This document shows, in pieces, positions 1 to 8,841 of a stretch of DNA of 64,000 nt. The stretch lies in NCBI RefSeq assembly GCF_009914755.1, contig NC_060939.1. One strand, 5' to 3'. The translations under genes were made by a program, and so were the position numbers. The notes beneath the pieces were generated by a model that was given only the letters and a program-made list of their open reading frames with translations, was not told the origin of the DNA and did no database searches. This stretch comes from the human T2T-CHM13v2.0 reference genome, Homo sapiens. The stretch's first letter is position 1; each line of letters starts with the position of its first letter.

Positions 1-504
1 CATGCACTTTCCTCAGTATGGCTTCCAGGATCAACCCAGGCCCCAGTGGAAGCAGACAATACAATTTGCAAGATGGCCGAATGGAGTCAAGGACCTTGGG
101 AGTGAGACATACATTGATTTTTGTCCAGGACTTTGGACTCTATCTCTGGGCCTATAACTGCTGAGTCAATAGATGTAAAATTAAAAGCAGTTGAACCTGG
201 GATTAGCAATAAAAAACTGCTTTGGTAAAATCTGGGCTAACATTTTTTTTAATTCACAAGTCAGATGTTTATTCGTCACACGCACACATATATACACATG
301 TGGAACAGAATGTAAAAACTAGACAATTTGAAAATCTTAAACTTGTTTTAGAATGTATCATAGCACATATTGGCACAATTACATTTTGCTTAAAATCATA
401 GTCTCTTTTAGTTGGGGAAAAAAAATAAGTCACCCCTAATATCTATAGCTTGGAAGAACTTAGCATCTTTACACAGTCTAGATTCTGGGGGTAATTTAAT
501 TACA

Positions 505-605
505 AAACCTGGCTGTGTTTCAATCACCTAAGGAGATTTTTAGAAATCCATATTATGTAGCACTGGGATCTGTTTTCACAAATGCTCTCCAGATAATTCT
601 TTGAC
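505..605. mobile_element. MER5-like DNA transposon fragment
   Basis: CCTGGCTG...AATCACCTAAGGAGATTTTTAGAAA...GCTCTCCAGATAATTCT resembles MER5. Confidence 0.4.
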
Positions 606-674
606 ATCCTTAATCTAATTCAACTACTTGCTGTCATTGTGATTGATTTTCTTCATATTTTTATTGAGAAACTG

Positions 675-795
675 TAGTAGAAAACAAGCCAGAATCAGAG
701 AGTTGGTCTCAGTTCTTGGTCACCCACCAGCAGTGTGACCTTATGCAAGTCCCTCACCCTTCCTGAGCCCCAGTCTCTGCCTCTGTAATGGTCTT
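675..795 (+). mobile_element. MIR fragment
   Basis: GTGTGACCTTATGCAAGT...CCTGAGCCCCAGTCTCTGCCTCTGTAATGG matches the MIR core. Confidence 0.7.
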
Positions 796-2648
796 CTGCA
801 TCCCACGGCTCATCAAAACCTTTAATTATGAGCTTTGGCTGTAAGGCCATTAGTGATTGAAACATCTTCCTGTGACTTTGTAGTGCTCAGTATACAAGAC
901 AGAAATAATGAGCGGTTGGTGCAGAAGCAGAAATGGGCACATGGTTCAGCTTGTGAACCTTTTACATTAAAAACAAAACTTGAGAAAGAGGAAAAGAAAA
1001 CAAAGATTGAATTCCAAATATTATAACCCATTTTTATCAGTTTTTCCATTTCTTTTTCCTGTTTATGTTTTGAGATAGTTGAAAGTCTCATTTTAAATGA
1101 TATAGATCCGATGTCGATTTGTTGCTTAATGAAAGGGGAACTTCATGTCTCTCATTCTCTTCAGTATCCTGGGCAACTGTGTTCCCCACAAATGCCTGCC
1201 ATGCTCTTCCTCATGCTATTCCCTTATCTAAATTTCCCTTCCTATCTGTCTCCATTCCAGCCCTCAGGTCCTGAAGATGTCGGGCCCACCCATGTTCCTA
1301 TGTGGGTGCTCTAGGTTCTAGCACTCCATGGTCATTGCTTGTGTACAAGCATGTAATCTCCTTTCCTCCCCCGGTCTCTTTGAGGATTATCCGCGGTGCC
1401 TGAAATCTAAGCACTACACATTTTAAACTCAAATGAAATACACATTTCAAAACATTTGTAAATACTTGGTCATGTTCTGTAATCTAGTAATTTCAAATTA
1501 GAACTTTAGCCCAGCTCTTTTAGGAGCACTGGGATTGCCTTGAGCCTTTCACTCCACAGCTGTCAGGTCGAGATGCTTCCCTGGTCCCTGCTCTGCTGCT
1601 ACCTTCCTGAGCACACGTCAGCCACTGGGACCCGCCCTGCCACTGAATTTAACATGATCTCATGCCCCTGTGACTTGTTCTTCACTTTGCCTCCAGTCAC
1701 CCAACTGTGGAGTATTCAAATTGACTTAAGTGGCAGGTGTGTCACTTTTTTATCCCCCTTGATGTTAACACATTAAAAATTGGGGATAGATTCAGAAGAC
1801 CTAATAGGTCAGTAATGTGTTCCTATTTTCTAAAAGTACGAAGTTGAAATGTCAGCTGACTTGGTTAAGGTCATAAAATAAAACTCTATTTTTTTATTTA
1901 AGGGATAAAAAATTCCCATTTCACTACTGATTTCTTTAAATTTTTTTTTTTAGTGAATGGATAAAGTAGAAATCTTCATTTTAGTGTCAGATGACCAGGC
2001 AAATCTCAGAGTTCTGTCTCTGTGTTCCGATTTCTTCATCTTATTTATCCTATCCACAATAAGGGAATTCAATATTAAATCTGAGCATGAAATGAAAGGA
2101 CAGTGTATAAGTCTCTCAAGAGAGCCTCCTGACCAACCGTGAAAGCCATGAAGTCTACTTTGGATCTGAATTAAACAGATTGTCTTGGTGCCTTCATCAG
2201 AGGTTTCAGTGGTGCCTCTGGCCTTACAAAGTCCCTCCACACCCTGCATTTTGGCCTTCTCACAATCTAGTGATAAGCTTCTGCCTGAAATAAAATGGAG
2301 CTGGTAACCCAAAGCTGAGAAAAGGGCCCTGGCCATGCTTGGTAAAGCCCTTTCTGTATTCCAAGTTAGCCACCAAGAAACTCTGTGTTAGTCAGGAGAG
2401 CTCAAGGATACATACATGACTTGCTTAATAGCTTGTCTTGTTGGTTTGGCTGTTTTGTGTTATACCCAGTATTAATGATATTCATAAAGTTTTCACTCCC
2501 TTTTCCATTTCTGCTCAAAGAATACTCAGTGTGATGTTTCTGGTATACCCAAAATAAATCTGTCTTTTGCTAAATTAGTTTTTGGTCCAATTTAATATTG
2601 GTATTTCCCGTTAGTATAATAGAATGGGGGTAAGCAGTTGTGATTTTT

Positions 2649-2679
<31 letters not shown>

Positions 2680-2700
2680 TATCCATATACACATATATAT
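2649..2700. repeat. (CA)n/(TA)n microsatellite
   Basis: Directly visible. Confidence 0.9.
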
Positions 2701-2803
2701 GTATGTTGGAGTTCTGAACCTTAGCACTTTAGTAATTGGTCTATTTGAGAATGGAATATATGTGTGTATGTATGTGTGAGTGTTATGGTACTTGGTAAAA
2801 ACT

Positions 2804-3096
2804 GGCCAAGTGCAGTAGCTCACCCCTATAAGCTTAGTGCTTTGGGAGTCCAAGGTGGGAGAATCGTTTGAGGCCAGGAGTTCGAGACCAGCTTGGGCAA
2901 TATAGCAAGACCCTCGTCTCTGGAAAGAATTATTAAAAATTAGTCAAGAACCATGGCACATGCATATAGTCCCAGCTCCTTGGGAGTCTGAGGCAGGAAG
3001 ATTGCTTGAGCCCAGGAGTTCAAGGCCGTAGCACTCTGGCCTGGGCAATAGAGCGAGACCCTGTCTCTAAAACACATAGACACACACACACACACA
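2804..3096 (+). mobile_element. Old Alu (AluJ-like) with a deletion in the right arm and a tail converted to (CA)n
   Basis: GGCCAAGTGCAGTAGCTCAC...GAGACCCTGTCTCT; J-type GAGGCCAGGAGTTC and GAGCCCAGGAGTTCAAGG. Confidence 0.9.
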
Positions 3097-3212
3097 CCCC
3101 TTCAAACTTAATTCTCTACATTTGTTTAATGAACTTTTGGAGTATGCTGCATTTTGTAGCGAGAAAAACTTCCTTCAAAAAATTATTTACATTGTGAAAA
3201 CTCTTGATCTAA

Positions 3213-3219
3213 TACTAAC
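3213..3219 (+). promoter_or_regulatory. Probable branch point TACTAAC for intron 1
   Basis: Perfect U2-complementary heptamer, with the branch A 36 nt upstream of the exon 2 acceptor. Confidence 0.6.
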
Positions 3220-3254
3220 TATCCTTCATTAAAATAAAATACAATCTCTTATAG

Positions 3255-3321
3255 GTGAAGGCATCATTTTATTACAGCCTGGAAAACATGAATTTCCATT
3301 TCGCTTTCAACTTCCATCTGA
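3255..3321 (+). CDS. ARRDC4: ARRDC4 coding exon 2 (GEGIILLQPGKHEFPFRFQLPSE), arrestin N-domain
   Basis: TAG acceptor ends at 3254 and GTAAGT donor starts at 3322. 67 nt, phase 1 to 2. The LQPGKHEFPFRFQLP motif is typical of alpha-arrestins. Confidence 0.96.
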
Positions 3322-3549
3322 GTAAGTGAAACACTACAATTTTGTGGTTATCCTTCTCTGCAGTATGTCCATTCAAGTTTATCACTGCTAGGTCTCTTCT
3401 GATTCTCAAGTATGCATGTTTACACTGAATAGTCCCTAAATAGACTTACTCTTTTTTTATTTCCAACCTAAAACATTTTAAACCATGCTTTTTTTGGCTT
3501 TGTTTAACTGAAAAGTAAACTCATAATTAATGTCTTTGGTTGGTTTCAG

Positions 3550-3697
3550 ACCTTTGGTCACCTCGTTTACTGGGAAATATGGAAGCATTCAGTACTGTGT
3601 GCGGGCAGTGTTGGAACGACCCAAGGTACCTGATCAGAGTGTAAAGCGGGAACTCCAGGTTGTTAGTCATGTCGATGTCAACACACCAGCATTATTA
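3550..3697 (+). CDS. ARRDC4: ARRDC4 exon 3 (PLVTSFTGKYGSIQYCVRAVLERPKVPDQSVKRELQVVSHVDVNTPALL)
   Basis: CAG acceptor, GTAAGT donor at 3698, 148 nt. Carries the SFxGKYGxIxY alpha-arrestin motif and lies within ORF 3530..3781. Confidence 0.97.
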
Positions 3698-5668
3698 GTA
3701 AGTTCTTCCTTTTTCTCTTCCTCCTCCTTTTCCTCCTTCCCTCCCTTCCTCCTTCCTTTCAACAGTGGGATCTATATTTAGCCAGTTTACTGGTAGTCTG
3801 TCCTGTCACTTTCTGATGGCTTGGAAAACACAATCTTGTAACCCAAAGGCATTCACTATAAATATATGATTCTAGGTTGGACAAATTACAAATTGTGTGT
3901 GTTAATACTATTGATTATGTCCCTGCTGTTCAGGGCTTCTTTTGCCAAAAAGTTACACAGGCTTGAAATGCATTAATAAGGCTTAATAACAATAATGCAC
4001 ACACAGAGAGTAGTTACTTTTACCAGAGTGGCCACATTTACAGGACTGGGGTATTCTAAACTCCTCAATAATAGCAGGTTGAGGAACAGTAATTATGGAA
4101 GAGTATTAATCATGCTCAGCCTGTTATTGAAGCTCAGGCCATTATGCTATGTATCCTTCCATTTTGCATGTCATTTTCTAACATTAAGTAAGTGCATGCA
4201 GCTGCCGCCGAGATCCTTTCACTTATCATTTCCTTATGACAGATTTGGCCACATTAAAGCATTGAACTTCTAATAATCACCAGAAATACTGTAGACTGAT
4301 AAGAAAGATCAGGCTATAAGTAACAACAGAATAGGCAAGATGGGAGCTAATGAGCTAGATTCTTTTATCTAAACCCATATTATCAAAATAATATAAAATT
4401 ATACCTTGTACTTTCATGATAGCTACTAGGACCTAATGGTTCTTCATTTAAATATGAATGAATGATTTTTTTTACTTCATAGAAAATACTGAGATAATTT
4501 AAACTTTCCATCACGATACTGATGTGACAAAGATGTATTTTTCATGTTGGAGGTTTTTCTAGCCTGTGTTTTTAAAGACAAGGAAAAAGCTAGCAGTTAG
4601 AAGTTGTTGTTTAAGTCTTATTTTCGCATGAGAAAGAAATAGAATTTAATGTTCACCTTTAGATTATGAAAAGATAGCAGATATGCTGTGGTTCCATGGC
4701 CTCTTGTGGTCAGAATCATAAAACAGCCGGCACCCAGCTGGCCTGGCTTATAGCTGGGACTTTAACAGCCGCTTGAAAACCATTTTTGAAAAATTGGTGA
4801 TGCCAAGTAGCTTGTATTTTTAAAAACTACTTAGAATTGGGAGGCTGAATATTTTTAAAGTTTTTATGACCATTGTGGGAATTGATTTAAAGGGATTTGT
4901 CTTTGCCAAAAACAGACACTGTTGATCCCTTACGATTCTTTATATAAATAAAAAAAAAATATTGCAAGTAACTGGGTTTTACAGAAAGCTTTGGTGTGTG
5001 TAACTCGTAAACTGAACATTGTAAATCTTGTAGTAACTTCTCTTGCCACTATAGAATAGAATACTGCAGTGAGAGGGTATGTTTAATAAGCTTTTCAGAT
5101 CGGTTAACACTACACATGTTATTGCACTATTACACAAAACCCCAAAACCACTCCAAATTAAGAACACATGAAATTTCTGCTTGATAATGCATTTTGAAGT
5201 AAGTGGTGGGAAAAGGCTGTTTGTTTATTCCACTTTATTAAATGCCAAAATAAATATAATGTTCTGATTATTTTTTATTTTTATATCATTTATCCTTCCA
5301 CCTGACTTTTATATATAAAGTCTTAAAAATAATTCTGTCATGTTTATAAGTCCTAATACAGCTTTTGATTTTTTTTTAAAAAAATGGTATATTATTTCCT
5401 GGAAACATAATGACTTCAGGGTAAAATAAGATGGTGTCATGCTAATTTTTGAATCTGAAAATTCACTGTAGTTTTCCTAAAAGGGGAGTCTTAACACCCT
5501 GTGTTTTTGTGCATATTTGGCCTAATATGTTACATGAGGATAAGAAAGTTTGATTCATTTTTTTGGTATTTCCTTACAACCATTCTGTGAAGATAGATAT
5601 AATTTTAAGTTCTATGAGTTCTCTAGAGTGGCTTAATTAAGGTTGTTTTATTGTTTGAAATTTTCAAG

Positions 5669-5771
5669 ACCCCTGTATTGAAAACTCAAGAGAAAATGGT
5701 TGGCTGTTGGTTTTTCACTTCTGGTCCAGTCTCGCTGAGTGCCAAAATTGAAAGAAAGGGATACTGTAATG
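5669..5771 (+). CDS. ARRDC4: ARRDC4 exon 4 (TPVLKTQEKMVGCWFFTSGPVSLSAKIERKGYCNG)
   Basis: AAG acceptor, GTAAGC donor at 5772, 103 nt. Phase is consistent with neighbouring exons. Translated by hand because it is not in the ORF track. Confidence 0.96.
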
Positions 5772-6777
5772 GTAAGCAAAATGCTTGAAAGTCCAAATGA
5801 AAGATTTCATTCATTTTCTTAGCTAATTTTAAGTGATTTTAAATAGTGTTTTTTGTAATTATATGACGTGTATAGTATTTTAAAACATGAATAGTGATAC
5901 ATTTTTTATATAAATAATTGATATTTAAGTATTTTTAAAAGGAGGAATTGTTTCCAGTCAAACTCCTGTTTTTTTTCTGACTTCAATCCTGTTACTTTAG
6001 TAACAAAGAGTATAACTAGAGGAATGAGAAAATGCCAGCATCTGATTTTAATGTTGCAAAAGAATCTCCAGGGTTGTATTGCTAAAAAGAGAACTACTGG
6101 AGTATGAAATGCTATTAGACATTCTGATTCCATGCTGGCTTGATATATGCAAATGCATGGGACTGGAATGTAGTGTATTAACAAACTTAACAATCAGATT
6201 GTTACTGGAATTGCCATTAGTGAAGGGCCCATTTCCAGCAGTGGATTTGGCCCCTGCTCCAGGATTCTGACTTGTTAGAAAGGAATTCAGTATGGAATGG
6301 TATGATGTGCAGCCATAATGTTATAAAACTTGCCTAATCCATCCGTTGATTCTTTCTGTGCCTTAACATTATTAATTCCTTAAAAGCAAAGGCTTTGTTC
6401 TCCTGTTAGGCAGATTTTAATTTGATAAGCACTAATGAGTTTGTTAGTGATCTTTTATACTTAACATAGTCCTGAATCATTTATTTGTATGTCTTATCCT
6501 AATTTATATAGACACTGGTCATTTACATATCTTTAGAATTGCTAATGCAATATTGCTACTTTAGAAAAGTCAATAATGCAATAATTAGAAAATAAGATCT
6601 ACCACAACCTGCAGTGAATTTTTATTTCTCTGGCTTGAATTTACAATATGTTTTCCATCAAAGCTTCTCAATTTGTTAAAGTGATGTTGGAACATTTCAG
6701 CTATACGGCCCTAATCCATTGTGGTGAGAACTTTTTCAAGAGTCTCTGAATCCTCCCTGGTTTTGTTTTCTTTTTAG

Positions 6778-7034
6778 GAGAAGCTATTCCAATCTATGCA
6801 GAAATAGAAAATTGTTCCTCTCGTCTGATTGTTCCAAAGGCTGCTATTTTCCAAACGCAGACATATTTGGCTAGTGGAAAAACAAAGACCATTCGACACA
6901 TGGTCGCCAATGTGCGAGGAAACCACATCGCTTCTGGGAGCACAGACACATGGAATGGGAAAACGCTAAAAATCCCACCTGTTACTCCATCCATCCTGGA
7001 TTGCTGCATTATCAGAGTGGACTATTCCTTAGCT
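6778..7034 (+). CDS. ARRDC4: ARRDC4 exon 5 (EAIPIYAEIENCSSRLIVPKAAIFQ...ILDCCIIRVDYSLA), arrestin C-domain
   Basis: Pyrimidine tract plus TAG acceptor, GTAAGC donor at 7035, 257 nt. Overlaps ORF 6867..7070. Confidence 0.97.
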
Positions 7035-7536
7035 GTAAGCAAAGCTCTTTTTAAAAAAAAATGTGTATGATGGACAATAACTGATGTCATGTTACTGTGG
7101 GTATGTAGAGTTGCCTATAAAAATGTCATTTTATTTCAGCATTAACACCAATTGGGGACTGTATGAAGATTGGCCCTTGTTTTTAATAAAACCTATTCCC
7201 CACAGGGGATTTAATAGAATGCCATAAAAGAATTGAGGTGCATTAAGGGGTGTTTGTTATATTGAAGACATAGCCTTAATTTTCTATAATTATTATATAA
7301 GCCATGCAAACCTACAATGATGCATGTTAAGGACACAGTTCTCTGTCACAGAGCATTCACTATGTTTTGTGTACTCTTCATTTTGTTTAATCAAGACAAT
7401 TGAGAATTGTGATGGGGGTGGTGGCAGCCGACAAAAGCATTTGTTTCTATGAAAAAAAGAAATTAATTGGGCTACCTACTGGAGGTGTAGCTTACATTTG
7501 TTCCTTTCTCTTTTTTTTTTTTTTTTGGCTTATTAG

Positions 7537-7699
7537 GTATACATTCACATTCCTGGTGCTAAAAAATTGATGCTCGAACTGCCATTAGTGATCGGTACAA
7601 TTCCATATAATGGTTTTGGCAGCAGAAACTCCAGCATTGCCAGCCAGTTCAGTATGGATATGAGCTGGTTGACACTGACCCTGCCAGAGCAGCCTGAAG
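7537..7699 (+). CDS. ARRDC4: ARRDC4 exon 6 (VYIHIPGAKKLMLELPLVIGTIPYNGFGSRNSSIASQFSMDMSWLTLTLPEQPE)
   Basis: Long T tract plus TAG acceptor, GTAAAA donor at 7700, 163 nt. LPLVIGT marks the end of the arrestin-C domain. Confidence 0.97.
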
Positions 7700-8242
7700 G
7701 TAAAATATGTTGGCGTTCTTTCATAACGAAGCTTTACCTAGAAAATACCTAGGAACAGAATATATACACTATTAAGTGCTCAGATGTTGATGAGTACTGC
7801 TACTATAGGTATCTTTATTCCTACTACTAAAAAATCAGAAAGCATTAGTCCTGGGAGGGACTTTGAAAGTTTAGCTTTATCTAGGACGCAAAGCTGCTGA
7901 TAGCAGATTCAGGAATAAGATGTACATTTCCTAATTCCTATTTGTAATAGGAAAACAATGAAAAACAGTCAAATGTATGGTGTGTTATGTCTTTTCTATA
8001 GTCATATTTCAGTGATATTTGTTTACCTATATCTCAAGAGACTAGAATAGAATCTATTAGTAGTAGTTTAATAAAAGGAGAATCTATTTTTTATTGTAAT
8101 ATGCATAAAACCTTGCTGATTAGAGGGAAAGAATGCCATATTTTTTATCTTCAAGTTTAGCTGTTTCTTGTTTTTGTAGCAGTTAAGAATCGAGATTAAT
8201 TTTTGAGTGGATTTCTTAACTCCAACTTCATTTCTATTTCAG

Positions 8243-8397
8243 CACCACCAAATTATGCAGATGTGGTACCAGAGGAAGAATTCTCTAGACACATTCCTCC
8301 TTACCCTCAACCCCCTAACTGTGAGGGAGAAGTGTGCTGTCCTGTGTTTGCCTGTATACAAGAATTCCGGTTTCAACCCCCACCTCTTTATTCAGAG
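8243..8397 (+). CDS. ARRDC4: ARRDC4 exon 7 carrying both PPxY motifs (PPNY 8245-8256, PPLY 8380-8391)
   Basis: CAG acceptor, GTAAGC donor at 8398, 155 nt. PPxY motifs are the established WW-domain (NEDD4-family E3 ligase) ligands of alpha-arrestins. Confidence 0.97.
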
Positions 8398-8784
8398 GTA
8401 AGCAAAGCAAAAGAAAATTAGACTTTTACTGTATTATTTTCAAATAATCATTTTTTGTCATCCGTTCATTAGAGTGTCTGTTGCTGACTCATAATTAGTA
8501 AGGGATACATTTAAATTTGTTTATACAGTGGTAATAGATTATCGCTGATTCATTTGCCAGATTTTTTTACTATTGTCCTTGTGATCTATGGCATCAGATA
8601 CAGTATTGTGGATTGCCTTTAAGGTGTGTTATTTGGCCATGGAATATAGAGAACTTAAGCACCTTCTGGGACTTACACAGGCTCTGACCAGCTTGGCATA
8701 TAACCGTCATATAATTACAAATAGGTACTAGAATCGTTTTAAATAATGCTACAACACTAATCTCAGTCCGCTCTTTTTTTGCAG

Positions 8785-8841
8785 GTTGACCCACATCCTA
8801 GCGACGTAGAAGAGAGCCAGCCTGTTTCCTTCATTCTCTGA
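8785..8841 (+). CDS. ARRDC4: ARRDC4 last coding segment, exon 8 (VDPHPSDVEESQPVSFIL*)
   Basis: T tract plus GCAG acceptor, TGA at 8839-8841. Exons 2-8 total 950 nt, which fits the 418-aa protein I recall if exon 1 supplies 307 coding nt. Confidence 0.96.
   Translation, partial: VDPHPSDVEESQPVSFIL

Noticed and set aside
1-3254. MondoA/ChREBP ChoRE for ARRDC4
   Set aside because: No tandem E-box pair with a 5-bp spacer was seen by eye. The promoter and exon 1 are upstream of the window.
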